From Alphaproteobacteria bacterium (lineage in GTDB: Bacteria > Pseudomonadota > Alphaproteobacteria > UBA828), in the NCBI GenBank assembly GCA_965237415.1, contig CBDEFM010000002.1:64001-128000 (forward strand): a stretch of DNA of 64,000 bases, given 5' to 3'. A program made the translations under genes and the position numbers. The notes beneath the pieces are model-generated. The model was not told where the DNA came from. It worked only from the letters and a program-made list of their open reading frames with translations, and made no database searches. Shown here one piece after another: positions 29,340-39,632 of the stretch; within the stretch, counting starts at the first letter, position 1, and each line of letters starts with the position of its first letter.

Positions 29340-30284
29340 TTGCCCATTTCTAATTTGTACTCGTATCGGAAACGCGTCGCTAAGGGAGAGACGCCGGATG
29401 TGTTCATTTATGACCAACTCCCCCAAGAACTTAGGGTCCAAATGGTTCATATTTGGAGAGATGCTATTGGACCGTACTATGTGTACGGTCAATTCGAGGA
29501 TAGGAACGCAAGGGAGAACAATGAAGCTTGGGAGCTTATTCACAAGACCGTCGCACGGGAGCATGGCGTATTCTCTTTGGGTGATGAACGTCGCATTGAC
29601 GAACGCTGCGAGCGCTATTTCTTGGATGTCTCTCCTGTGGATGCTGCCCTCGACGTCATCGAGGTGGCTTTCCTATACCTTGATCGGTTTGCGCGGGACT
29701 TCGGCCCCGCTGCCCGCCAGAACAGAGGAATAGAGCAATCAGCTGAGAGTGCTATCGAAGAACTCAATGCGCGATTTCGGCGAGCCGGCGTGGGGTATCA
29801 GTTTGAAGAAGGACGAATCTTCCGTGTCGACTCAGAGTTGATTCATTCCGAAGTTGTGCGCCAGGCGCTTCGGTTTCTCAACGAGCCGGGCTTCGAGGGA
29901 CCACGTGACGAATTCCTACGAGCGCATGGCCATTACCGATCTGGCGAGATTGAAGGCGCCGTCACTGATGCCAACAATGCGTTCGAGAGCACGCTGAAAG
30001 TAGTTTGCGAGCAAAGAGGGTGGCCGTATCCACCTGGTGCGCGAGCGTCAGACCTTCTCAAGATTGTCCGTAATAAGGGTTTGCTGCCGGATTATTTGGA
30101 CAATTCATTCGATCAGCTAGTGGCAACGCTTAAGTCAGGACTTCCGAAAGTGCGCGGCGAGAAAGGCGCACACGGCCAAGGCGCAAAGCCGCAAAGAGCG
30201 CCCGATTATGTGGGCGCCTATGCGCTCCACCTGGCGGCTGCTAACATCTTGTTTATCGTCGAGGCGCACAAAGCGCTAGATTAA
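29340..30284 (+). CDS. Abortive-infection-like protein (AbiJ-N/Abi_C, STM4504-like)
   Basis: YSYRK...PDVFIYD..P..LRVQ, ELNARF...GVGYQF, AFESTLK, R...GAHGQG C-terminal motif; lower GC than flanks. Confidence 0.7.
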   Translation: MPISNLYSYRKRVAKGETPDVFIYDQLPQELRVQMVHIWRDAIGPYYVYGQFEDRNARENNEAWELIHKTVAREHGVFSLGDERRIDERCERYFLDVSPVDAALDVIEVAFLYLDRFARDFGPAARQNRGIEQSAESAIEELNARFRRAGVGYQFEEGRIFRVDSELIHSEVVRQALRFLNEPGFEGPRDEFLRAHGHYRSGEIEGAVTDANNAFESTLKVVCEQRGWPYPPGARASDLLKIVRNKGLLPDYLDNSFDQLVATLKSGLPKVRGEKGAHGQGAKPQRAPDYVGAYALHLAAANILFIVEAHKALD

Positions 30285-30356
30285 TATCATGTTTCCAGAG
30301 TTCGCATGATGGTGGATCGGTGCGTATTTTCTCCGATCCGGTCACGCCCTCACATC

Positions 30357-30449
30357 GTCATGCCCGGACTTGTTCCGGGCATCTCCCTCGGCCAAGTCCG
30401 TCAGAGGGTGGGCGGCCGCGTGGATGGCCGGGACAAGCCCGGCCATGAC
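30357..30449. repeat. REP-like palindromic element, copy 2 (opposite orientation to copy 1)
   Basis: GTCATGCCCGGACTTGTTCCGGGCATC...GGATGGCCGGGACAAGCCCGGCCATGAC. Confidence 0.85.
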
Positions 30450-30670
30450 GAGGAGGGAGACCGCTCTCCCCGAGCGTGACCCCATTTTGTCGCGCGCGGG
30501 ACCCGGATTTACCGCGCGCGGGACCCGGAGTTACCGCGCGCGAGACCTTTCAGGCTCGCCCGAGTCAGGCCCGCGTGACACCCGGAACATCGTGCGGTGC
30601 ACGGAGCGCGCCGCGCGCACCAGGATCGCGGCATGCAGCAGGGCGAGGGCGAGCGGAGCACGGCAAGTGA

Positions 30671-31340
30671 AATGGGCGGGCGCGCGTCGGCCGAGCCGGC
30701 GCCGGCCGCAATCCAGGACGCCCTTGCCGCAGCGATCGAGGACGGCGCCACCACGGACGAGATCGTGGCACGCGTCCGCGCGCGCGGCGGCGGCGGCGAC
30801 TGTCCGCATTCCGCCAAGGGCAGCTGGGCCGAGCGCATGGACGGCCTGATCTGCCTGCAGCGCGAGACCGTTCGCTTTGCCGAGGAATGGGAGCGCACGC
30901 GCGACCCCCGCGCCGAGGGGCTTAGCGCCCTCATCGCGATCGAGACCCTGCGAACGCTGGCGCTCCGCACGATGGCCGAGCTCAGCGCGCGCGAGGAGCC
31001 GGTGGTGACCGAGGACCTCGGCCGCCTCGCCCTCGCGCTCCACCGCATCGAAAGCGCCGACAGGCTCCGCATCGAGCGCGAGCAGGCGGCAGCCGATGCC
31101 GCCGCCCCGCACGCCGGGCTGGCCGCGCGCGCGGCCAGTATGACGCATGCCGAACGGGTCGAAACCGTCCGCCGGGCTCTCGAGGGGCACGTCTTCCCTG
31201 GGCGCACAGAGCCGCCACCGCCGGCATCCGGGTGGGCCGCCGCCTCTGCCGAGGACTCTCCCGTCACCCCGCGCCGAAGTCGGCGCCCGATCCGCCTACC
31301 GCCGACGGGGCGCCCGTCGCGCCTCCACGCGCGCAAGTAG
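30671..31340 (+). CDS. Degenerate Mu-like gp27/DUF3486-like protein
   Basis: IQDALAAAIEDGATTDEIVARVR HTH-like start and helical C-terminus; family call is from memory and tentative. Confidence 0.4.
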
Positions 31341-31737
31341 ACGATGACGATGCGCAGGACGCCGGCGGGACGCCGGATGCATGGGACGCGCGCAGAGCGC
31401 CGGATGTATGTGACGCGCGCGGGGGGCGCGATACATGGGACGCGCACAGGGCGCGGGATGCCGAGCTGAGGCGGCGGGAGGCGGAAGGCCGACTCTGGCC
31501 GACCGACCCTCCCTTCTGCCCCGCGGCATGGAGCGGGCCAGGGTGAGGCGGGGGATTCCGCCTCCGCCGCAGCCGGACACGCGCTCGACTCTTGATTCCG
31601 CGCCCGCGACCTTTCAGGCGCGGGCGACAGGCGCCAGTTTCGCGTCATGCAGTGCGCGATCGAGCGGTCCGATGCGGGCGCGATCGTCCGCAACTCTCAC
31701 TGGGTCGCGCCTCGCGACTGGGCCGCGCGCCCCAGGG

Positions 31738-31775
31738 AATCCCACTTATCCCACTTAATCCCACTTAATCCCGGC
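31738..31775 (+). repeat. Short tandem repeat ATCCCACTT(A) x3
   Basis: AATCCCACTTATCCCACTTAATCCCACTTAATCCC; also a 22-bp unit x2 at ~30491-30540. Confidence 0.8.
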
Positions 31776-32184
31776 AAATCCCGGCTCAGAAAAAAGAGTC
31801 CGATCCCGTGGGCCGGGCAGATCGGGCGAGAGGCGGAAGACGGAGGGGGGACGCAGGCGGCGATGACGGCGGGTTCTCCCTCTCCTCCCTCGGGCGGAGA
31901 GGGCCGGGAAGCGTAGCGGGGACTACGGTTGAGACCCGCGACACGTGATCGGGCGTGCCGCGAACCGCGACCGCCTCCTGGGGGTTAGCACCAACCGACC
32001 GGGACCTCGGTCAATTCTCGTTGACCGGTGTGGGAAACTCTGCGCAGGGTCGAAGCGAGGGGCATCATCGAGCAGCGATCCCGGCGCGCCATGCGCATCG
32101 AAGTCGAGGAAGGCTGCAGGAACGTCGAGGCCATGGTCAAGCAGGCCCTGGCCAAGGCCCACAGCTTAGCACGCGGAGGTTCCG

Positions 32185-32994
32185 ATGAAGTTCAAATGGA
32201 AGAAAGGAACGCCGATTCTCTGGGAGGAGTTCACGTGGGAAGAAGTCGAGGAGTTCGTGGATCGCTGCAATATGGTGATCATCCCGGTGGGCGCGATCGA
32301 GCAGCACGGCCCCCATCTCCCTTTGATGACAGACACAGCGCAAGCGCTCGAGATTTCGAAACGGGTGTCCGCGAACACTGGCGTTCCGGTCGTGCCGCCA
32401 GTCGCCGTGGGCATCTCCCAGAGTCATGGGAATTTCCCCGGAACTCTCTGGGTCCGCGTCGATACCATGATCAGTCTTCTCTATGACCTGTGCACGTCGC
32501 TCTACGAGTCCGGGATCCGGAAATTCTTCTTCATTAACGGGCATATGTACAACGACTGGGGAATCAAGGGCGTGCGGGACCATTTCCGTTGCGACTATGA
32601 CGACGTCCAGATCACGACAGTCAACTATTGGCAGACCACCGAAACGAGATTTGCCGAGGATTGCCCGCAGAACAAGCATATCCACGGCAACTTCGGGGAG
32701 ACGGCGCAGATGTTGGTGATCCGTCCCGACCTGGTCAAGATGGATCGCGCGGAGGACACGCCAGACTTCTTCACCCTCTTCGACTATCGCTTCGATCAGG
32801 TTTCGGCCAACGGCGTCATCGGCGGCAACGCGACCGGGGCCACGCCCGAGGACGGCGCGGAGATGTTGGCGGCCTTCGAGGCCAAAATCACCGAGCTGGT
32901 CCAGAAGGGGCTAGAGGAGAACATTCCCATTCCGGGCGGCTATGAAAGGAAAAACAAGTCGATCGTCAATCGCCGCCGCAGCTGGAGCCGTTGA
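32185..32994 (+). CDS. Creatininase-family amidohydrolase
   Basis: PVGAIEQHGPHLPLMTD, SHGNFPGT, NGH, HGNFGET. Confidence 0.92.
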   Translation: MKFKWKKGTPILWEEFTWEEVEEFVDRCNMVIIPVGAIEQHGPHLPLMTDTAQALEISKRVSANTGVPVVPPVAVGISQSHGNFPGTLWVRVDTMISLLYDLCTSLYESGIRKFFFINGHMYNDWGIKGVRDHFRCDYDDVQITTVNYWQTTETRFAEDCPQNKHIHGNFGETAQMLVIRPDLVKMDRAEDTPDFFTLFDYRFDQVSANGVIGGNATGATPEDGAEMLAAFEAKITELVQKGLEENIPIPGGYERKNKSIVNRRRSWSR

Positions 32995-33144
32995 AGGCGG
33001 CAGGGGCGGCGGCCGGTGCCGCCCAGGGAGACGATGCATCTGTGATCGAGATCGGTTCGGCGAGGGCGAAGCTTCCGCGCGCCCGGCGATGCGAGTCGCG
33101 GGCAACTCACCGTAGCGACTTCTCCAATTGGCAAGGAGGATATC

Positions 33145-34272
33145 ATGGCCAGAGTTCAAAAGATCCAAGTTCACAAGATCCCCATGAATTCACCGAGCGA
33201 TGTCTCGGGAATCGAAAGTCTCATCGAGAGCGGCGAGCTGAAGCCTGAAACCATCGTCGCCATCGTCGCCAAGACGGAGGGCAACGGGCTGGTCAACGAT
33301 TTCAGCCGTGGCTTCGCCGAGCTGACGCTCAAGATTCTCTTGGCCGAGAAAATGGGAATCTCTCGGGACGAAATGGGAGATCGTATCTCCCTGGTAATGT
33401 CGGGCGGATGCCCGGGACTGATGAGCCCCCATTTCACTGTATTCGCCCGCGAGTGGGTGGAGGGGGAGGAGAGCCCGGAGAAGAGGCTCGCGGTGGGGAT
33501 CGCGCGTTCGCGTGATATCCTTCCCGAGGAGATCGGCCGCATGGGCCAGATCGAGGTCGTCGCTGACGCGGTCAGGGAAGCGACGGCGGACGCGTGCATT
33601 TCGGATCCCGCCGATATCCATTTCGTTCAGGTCAAGAATCCGCTCCTGACCAAGCCGCGCATCGCCGACGCCAAGAGCCGTGGGCAGACTGTGGTGACCG
33701 AGGAAACGGGCGTCACCTATTTCGGCTCGATGTGCTACGCGAACGATGCCTCGGCCCTGGGCGTCGGCCTCGGGACCGGCGAAATTCCCAGGGAGAAGCT
33801 GAGCGACGAGGCGGTGCGCCGCGATTTCTCGCTCTACTCCAACGTCTCTTCGACGTCGTCGGGGGGAGAGAAGTCCCGCGCCGAGGTCGTTGTCATGGGC
33901 AATTCCTCCCAGGCAGTGAGCGATTTTCGCATCGGCCACAGCATCATGAAGGATCTGATAGACGCGAACGGCGTGAAGGAGGCGCTGAGGAGCGCGGGGC
34001 TCGACTTCGCCTGCTGCCCCTCCGAATCCGACCTCGAGAGGGTCGTGAACGTGCTGGCGAAGGCCGTCGTGCCCGGTCACGGGGCGTGCCGGGGCCGGCG
34101 CTTCGCGATGCACGATGATTCCGATATCGGAACCAAGCCGGCCCGCGCCGTCGGCAATGCCGTCATTGCCTCCGTCATCGGAGACACGATGAACTACGTG
34201 TCGGGCGGCGAAGTCGATTCTCATTCGGGACCGCCGGACGGAAACCCCGTGGCCGCCATCGTTCGCATGTGA
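33145..34272 (+). CDS. Cyclic amide hydrolase (AtzD/barbiturase family)
   Basis: KTEGNG.VNDFSR, MSGG...SPH, VQVKNPLLT, SSTSSG, YVSGG...GP. Confidence 0.93.
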   Translation: MARVQKIQVHKIPMNSPSDVSGIESLIESGELKPETIVAIVAKTEGNGLVNDFSRGFAELTLKILLAEKMGISRDEMGDRISLVMSGGCPGLMSPHFTVFAREWVEGEESPEKRLAVGIARSRDILPEEIGRMGQIEVVADAVREATADACISDPADIHFVQVKNPLLTKPRIADAKSRGQTVVTEETGVTYFGSMCYANDASALGVGLGTGEIPREKLSDEAVRRDFSLYSNVSSTSSGGEKSRAEVVVMGNSSQAVSDFRIGHSIMKDLIDANGVKEALRSAGLDFACCPSESDLERVVNVLAKAVVPGHGACRGRRFAMHDDSDIGTKPARAVGNAVIASVIGDTMNYVSGGEVDSHSGPPDGNPVAAIVRM

Positions 34273-34779
34273 CTTCACGAGGTTTCCGCGCAGCCCTTGT
34301 GCAGTAGGAGGAGGGAGAATGCGGTGTCGTTCGAGTTGTTCGTCAACGGAACGCTGATGCGGGGCCTCGAGCTCCACGGGAACCTCGAGGGGGCGGAGTT
34401 CTTGGGGGAGGCCCAGACGGCGCCGACCTATCGCGTGTATTCCATCGACGACCGCCATCCCGGCATGTTCGAGGTGGGCGTGGGCGGTGTCTCGGTGAAG
34501 GGAGAACTCTACCTGGTGGACGATGCGCTGTGGGCACGCATCGAGGCTGGCGAGCCGCCTCACCTCTATCGCGGGGAGGCGACGCTATCGGACGGCAGGC
34601 GCGTGCAAGCCGTCCTTTACCCGCGTGTCGATGACGGTCCAAAAGTGCGCCTATTCGCTGCATTCAGCACGTGAGTGCGGTGACGATGTAGCAGCTTGTT
34701 TGGCGGGTGGAAGCGTGCCTCGTCGGAGCTGTGGATAGGCGGCTTGTCGCAGCGACCGCCCTCGTCTATGGACGCCCCC

Positions 34780-35036
34780 GGTAATGCAAGCTTTTCTTTG
34801 AACGGCACGGTGCATGCGGTCAGGTGCTGTCGTCTATCCGGCCTGTTGATGCGGCATTTCGATCGCCGCTGGCCCGTATGGAGATACGCGAACCGGGTCC
34901 AAAATCGAGTCTGCGAGCTTGAACGCTCTCAGGACGGTGCTGGTTTTCCCGATCCGGTCTCATTGACCGTATGCCCTCCTTACCTGTCCTCCGACCTGCC
35001 CACATCCCCGACGGCTTCCCGCGATTGTCCGCCCTG
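34780..35036 (-). ncRNA. Putative bridge/seek RNA of the IS1111-group element
   Basis: Contains TCGAGTCTG (34905-13), matching the empty-target junction, and TCGTCTAT (34830-37), matching the circle junction. Confidence 0.7.
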
Positions 35037-36062
35037 TCAGGCGGTTGCGGGAACCCGATAGATCTCCTTCTTCGCCGTCACCGCCCAGGCGACGCGCGCC
35101 ATTTTGTTGGCCAGCGCAACCGCGACGAGCATCTTCGGCTTGCGCGCCAGCATTTCGGCCAGCCAAGGATCCCTCGTCTCGCCACCACGGCGCTCCGCCG
35201 CTTGGATTACAGACATGGCACCCGTGATCAAGAGCCGCCTGAGATCGCGCTGGCCCATCTTCGATACCTTGCCAAGCCTTGGCTTGCCGCCAGTCGTATG
35301 CTGTCGCGGCACGAGGCCTAGCCAGGCGGCGAAGTCGCGCCCGCGCCTGAAGCTCTCCATCGGTGGGGCGAAAGCCTGTACTGCCATGGCCGTGATCGGC
35401 CCGATGCCCGGGATCGTCATGAGCCGTGCCGCCTCTTCGTCCTGGCGTGCGCAAACGCGGAGCTCCTTCTCCAAATCGTAGATCTTCGCATCGAGGTCTG
35501 AGACCTGACCGAGCAGTAGGTCACCCAGCTCGCGAACCGGCTCCGGTAGCCCCGAGCTCGGATCCATGAGTGCCGCCTCCAGCCGCTTGACATGAGCTGG
35601 CCCCTGTGGAGCGATGACGCCGAACTCCGCCAGGTGACCCCGTAGCGCGTTAATCGTCTGCGTGCGCTGGCGCACCAGGAGGTCGCGTGTGCGGAACAGC
35701 ATCCCTCGAGCCTGCTGCTCTTCCGTCTTCACGGCCACCAAGCTCATGGTGGGGCGCTGCGCGGCCTCGCAAGTCGCCTCCGCGTCCCTCGCGTCATTTT
35801 TCTGCCGTTTGACGAATGGCTTGACATATATCGGTGGGATTAGCTTGACCTCGTGTCCGAGCATCTCGGTCTCTCTACCCCAATAGTGAGCGCTCGCGCA
35901 GGCCTCCATCGCCACCACGCAGGGCGGTTGCGAGGCGAGGAAGTCGAGTAGCTTGCCCCGGCTCAGCTTCTTGCGGAACACAACGGACCCGTCTGCCCGC
36001 GCACCATGCAACTGAAAGCTGTGCTTCGCCAGATCGATCCCGATGATGCTAGCCTGATCCAT
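35037..36062 (-). CDS. IS110 (IS1111-group) transposase
   Basis: IGIDLAKHSFQLHG, AMEAC, KNDARDA, TIPGIG, GLVPRQHTTGGK, VALANKMAR. Confidence 0.95.
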   Translation of the reverse strand: MDQASIIGIDLAKHSFQLHGARADGSVVFRKKLSRGKLLDFLASQPPCVVAMEACASAHYWGRETEMLGHEVKLIPPIYVKPFVKRQKNDARDAEATCEAAQRPTMSLVAVKTEEQQARGMLFRTRDLLVRQRTQTINALRGHLAEFGVIAPQGPAHVKRLEAALMDPSSGLPEPVRELGDLLLGQVSDLDAKIYDLEKELRVCARQDEEAARLMTIPGIGPITAMAVQAFAPPMESFRRGRDFAAWLGLVPRQHTTGGKPRLGKVSKMGQRDLRRLLITGAMSVIQAAERRGGETRDPWLAEMLARKPKMLVAVALANKMARVAWAVTAKKEIYRVPATA

Positions 36063-36407
36063 GGAGGCCTCCTCCCTCAGGTGGTTCGACACCACCACCT
36101 TGGCACGATTCGCTGCCGTCGGGAGGGGGCGTCCACTCCCTCGAGTCTGGCAAGGCAAGCCGGCTATCCACAGCGGGCAGGCGTCGCGATTCCGGTGGCG
36201 GCGGGCGAACTGGCGGCAGCCCCTCGGACCTGAACAGCAAGATCGGTAGGGCTACACTCGGGCCGCTGAGAACGATGCGGCGCCGGCCACGTCTGCTTGG
36301 TGGCAAGAGCCGGCGCCGCACCCCCCGAGCCATGCTCGGCACGGCCCAGATGCACAGTATCGTGCGGGTTTTGGCGGGGGTCGAGCCCGTTCTCATCGAC
36401 CGCCGCG

Positions 36408-36854
36408 ATGAGGAACTTCGGCCGCCTGTTCAACTGCGCCCACTGCGATCGGCAGGTGGTTCTCTGCCCGCGCTGCGACCACGGCAACATGTACTGCTCA
36501 GCGGACTGCCGCGAGACGGCGCGCAGGCAGGCGCAGCGTCTTTGCGGGCAGCGCTATCAGGACAGCCTCCAGGGTCGTCGCAAGCACGCGCAGCGGCAGC
36601 AGCGCTATCGCGATCGGCACCGGCGTCGGGTGCCGGAGAATGAGGTCTGCGCGCAGAAAGTGACGCATCACCCTTTGACCCGCGGGCACCGTCGTCCTGT
36701 TGTGCCACAGACGCCGATGACGCGTCGCGGGACACAACCCTTTGGGCACGGGCGGCCTGCCAGGGTCTTCCGCTGCCATCGCTGCGGCCGGTTCTGCGCG
36801 CAGTTTGTCCATCCGGGCCTGCGCCCGGTCCGGCATCCGGCACGAGAAGGGTGA
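36408..36854 (+). CDS. Cys-rich accessory protein upstream of istA
   Basis: CAHC..CPRC..YCSADC and C-terminal CHRCGRFC; stop lies 1 nt before the istA start. Confidence 0.65.
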   Translation: MRNFGRLFNCAHCDRQVVLCPRCDHGNMYCSADCRETARRQAQRLCGQRYQDSLQGRRKHAQRQQRYRDRHRRRVPENEVCAQKVTHHPLTRGHRRPVVPQTPMTRRGTQPFGHGRPARVFRCHRCGRFCAQFVHPGLRPVRHPAREG

Positions 36855-36855
36855 G

Positions 36856-38361
36856 ATGACCATCGACAAGAAGACGCGCGCGGAGATCCTGCGCCTCCAT
36901 TACGCCGAGAAGTGGAAGATCGGCACGATCGCAAACCAACTCGGCGTCCATCACATCACGGTCCGCCGCGTTCTGGCCGACGACGGGGTGCCTCGGCATA
37001 TGAGGCGGCACCGGCGCTCGAAGCTCGATCCCTTCATGCCCTTCATCCGCCAGACACTGGCTCACTATCCGAAGCTGACCGCCAGCCGGCTCTACGAGAT
37101 GGCGTGCGAGCGCGGCTACCAGGGGAGCCAGAGCCACTTCCGCAACATGATCGCCCCCGAGCGGCCGAAGCCTGTGGCCGAGGCCTATCTGCGTCTCAAG
37201 ACCCTTCCCGGCGAGCAGGCCCAGGTCGATTGGGGACACTTCGGCAAAGTGAAGCTCGGTCGCGCGGAGCGCCCGCTGATGGGCTTCGTGATGGTTCTGA
37301 GCTTCTCGCGACGCATCTTCCTGCGCTTCTACCTCAACGCCGCGATGAGCAACTTCCTGCGTGGCCATATCGACGCCTTCGAGGCGTGGCAGGGCGTGCC
37401 CCGCGAGCTCTGGTACGACAACCTGAAGAGCGTCGTGCTGGAGCGCCGCGGCGACGCCATCCGCTTCAATCCCCAGTTCCTCGACTTCGCCGGCCACTAC
37501 CGTTTCCTGGCACAGCCCGTCGCGATCGCGCGCGGCAATGAGAAGGGGCGCGTGGAACGGGCGATACGCTACGCTCGCGACAGCTTCTTCGCCGCTCGCT
37601 CATGGCGCGATATCGACGACCTCAACGCCCAGGCCCAGGCCTGGTGCGATGGCATCGCCGCCGAGCGGCCCTGGCCCGAAGACCACTCCATCAGCGTGCG
37701 CGAGGCCTTCGAGCGGGAACGCAGCTCTCTCATTGCGCTGCCCGGCGATCGCTTCCCCGCCGACGAACGGGTCGAGGCCTCCATCGGCAAGACCCCTTAC
37801 GTCAGATTCGACCTCAACGACTACAGCGTGCCGCACACCCATGTGAGCCGCACTCTCGTCGTCCTCGCGACCCTCGACGAGGTGCGCATCCTCGACGGCG
37901 CGGACGTCATCGCCACCCATCCACGCAGCTTCGACAAGGCAGAGCGTGTCGAAAACCCCGACCACATCGCCGGCCTGGTCAGGCACAAGCGTCATGCCCG
38001 GCGCCTTCGCGGGCAGGATCGGCTGGTCCAGGCCGCGCCCAACAGCGAGCGCCTGCTCACCGACGCCGCCAAGCGCGGCAGCAATCTCGGCACCATCGTC
38101 GCCGCCCTACTGCGCCTCCTCGACGGGTACGGCGCCGCCGAGCTCGAGGCGGGCATCGACGAGGCCCTGAAGCGCGGCGTCCCCCATCCGAACGCCGTGC
38201 GCCTGAGCCTGGCCCGGCGGCGCGAACTGCGAGACGAGCCCCCGCCCATCCCCGTCGACCTGCCCAAGCATCCACGCCTGCGCGATATCGCGGTGCGCGA
38301 CCACGATCTCGGCGGATACGACGGACTGGCCGGTGGGCCCGAAGAGGACAGCGAAGAATGA
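36856..38361 (+). CDS. istA: IS21 transposase IstA
   Basis: [31 protein letters not shown]. Confidence 0.95.
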   Translation: MTIDKKTRAEILRLHYAEKWKIGTIANQLGVHHITVRRVLADDGVPRHMRRHRRSKLDPFMPFIRQTLAHYPKLTASRLYEMACERGYQGSQSHFRNMIAPERPKPVAEAYLRLKTLPGEQAQVDWGHFGKVKLGRAERPLMGFVMVLSFSRRIFLRFYLNAAMSNFLRGHIDAFEAWQGVPRELWYDNLKSVVLERRGDAIRFNPQFLDFAGHYRFLAQPVAIARGNEKGRVERAIRYARDSFFAARSWRDIDDLNAQAQAWCDGIAAERPWPEDHSISVREAFERERSSLIALPGDRFPADERVEASIGKTPYVRFDLNDYSVPHTHVSRTLVVLATLDEVRILDGADVIATHPRSFDKAERVENPDHIAGLVRHKRHARRLRGQDRLVQAAPNSERLLTDAAKRGSNLGTIVAALLRLLDGYGAAELEAGIDEALKRGVPHPNAVRLSLARRRELRDEPPPIPVDLPKHPRLRDIAVRDHDLGGYDGLAGGPEEDSEE

Positions 38362-39167
38362 CCGACACCCTCAAGGACCGTGCCCGCGCGCTGCGCCTGT
38401 ACGGCCTCATCGCCCACTGGGACGACATCGGCGAGTGCAGCTGGCTGCCCACCCTCATCGCCTGGGAAGAGGAAGAACGGCGAAGCCGCAGCCTCAAGCG
38501 GCGCCTCAGCGAGGCCCGCATTGGACACTTCAAGCCCCTCGTCGACTTCGATTGGGACTGGCCCCGCCGCTGCGACCCAATGGTCATCGAGGACCTCATG
38601 AGCCTCGAGTTCCTGCGCGAGGCCGCCAACGTCGTCCTCGTCGGCCCAAACGGGGTGGGCAAGTCCACCATCGCCGCCAACCTCGCCCACCGCGCCATCA
38701 TCGAGGGGCACACCGTGCGCTTCACAACTGCAGGAAACATGCTCGGTGAGCTCGCCGCCCTCGATAGCGACAGCCTGCTCCAGCGCAAGCTCCGATTCTA
38801 CGCCCGCCAACAGCTGCTGGTGATCGACGAGGTCGGCTACCTCTCCTATAGCAATCGCCATGCCGATCTGCTGTTCAATATCGTCTCCAGCCGCAGCCAG
38901 CAGCGCTCCACCATAATCACCACAAACCGGCCCTTCGCCGAGTGGAGCGAAGCCTTCCCCAACGCCGCCTGCGTCGTCGCCCTCGTCGACCGCCTCATCC
39001 ACAACGCCGAGATCATCGCCATCGACGGCGATTCCTATCGCCGAAAGGAGGCCGAGGAACGCCAGAAGAAGCGCAGCGCAGAGCGCCGCCGCCGCCGGGG
39101 CGCAGCAGGCCGTCGGCGAGCCGGAAAGGCCGACGCCCTGGACCGCGAGCCGCCGTCGGCGGCGTAG
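38358..39167 (+). CDS. istB: IS21 helper ATPase IstB
   Basis: GPNGVGKS, LLVIDEVGY, VDRLIH, GDSYR. Confidence 0.95.
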   Translation: MTDTLKDRARALRLYGLIAHWDDIGECSWLPTLIAWEEEERRSRSLKRRLSEARIGHFKPLVDFDWDWPRRCDPMVIEDLMSLEFLREAANVVLVGPNGVGKSTIAANLAHRAIIEGHTVRFTTAGNMLGELAALDSDSLLQRKLRFYARQQLLVIDEVGYLSYSNRHADLLFNIVSSRSQQRSTIITTNRPFAEWSEAFPNAACVVALVDRLIHNAEIIAIDGDSYRRKEAEERQKKRSAERRRRRGAAGRRRAGKADALDREPPSAA

Positions 39168-39494
39168 TCATAGATCGTCTCTCGCCATGGTACGGGCGGG
39201 TGCAGGCCGAGACCCTGAGAGCCTATCCCCTCGAAGGCGTCGCGCGATCCCTCGGCTACCGCCGCGACCCCGATGTCGATGACGCACCCTGGAGGCACCT
39301 CGGATTGATCGTCAGCATCAACCGCCGACCACGTCCAACTCCAGAAATGCAGCAAATACGCGCATTCCTAAGCCGTCGCTAACACCCGCGCGAGCAGGCC
39401 GAAGACGGGCATCGCGACATTTCCGAATACGGCGGCTGGCGTGCCTACTTGGAGCAACGAAGCGGCGGCTGACTGGCGGGCCGAATCGCCACCG

Positions 39495-39630
39495 GTATTG
39501 CGCATGCACTGGAAGCCATAGCGGATGGAGCCGAGCAGGTTGGGCGCATCGTCACGATCCTGGATGTCGGCGGCGTGAGCCGACGCCGTCAGCCGACGCC
39601 GTCACCGGCAGACCGCCCGTGTCGGCAATG
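39495..39630 (-). pseudogene. IS5-family transposase internal fragment
   Basis: HAADIQDRDDAPNLL resembles the IS5-family HxADIQDRDG motif. Confidence 0.5.
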
Positions 39631-39632
39631 CT

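Larger units (their letters stand above)
34765..36143 (-). mobile_element. IS110-family, IS1111-group element inside the IS21 left end
   Basis: Sub-terminal IRs TGGACGCCCCC (34769-79) / GGGGGCGTCCA (36125-35); ~270-bp non-coding region downstream of the transposase. Confidence 0.88.
34626..39384 (+). mobile_element. Complete IS21-family element (accessory ORF + istA + istB) with nested IS110
   Basis: Left IR TGTCGATGACGGTCCAAAAGTGCGCCTATTCGCTGCATT; right IR (reverse complement) TGTTAGCGACGGCTTAGGAATGCGCGTATTTGCTGCATT; CCCGCG direct repeat 34620-25 / 39385-90. Confidence 0.92.
34324..39472 (+). pseudogene. Allophanate hydrolase C-terminal-like / GGCT-fold protein split by IS21 (34324-34625 + 39391-39472)
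   Basis: LFVNGTLMRGLELH...EPP; the rejoined frame reads VLYPREQAEDGHRDISEYGGWRAYL...*. Confidence 0.88.
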
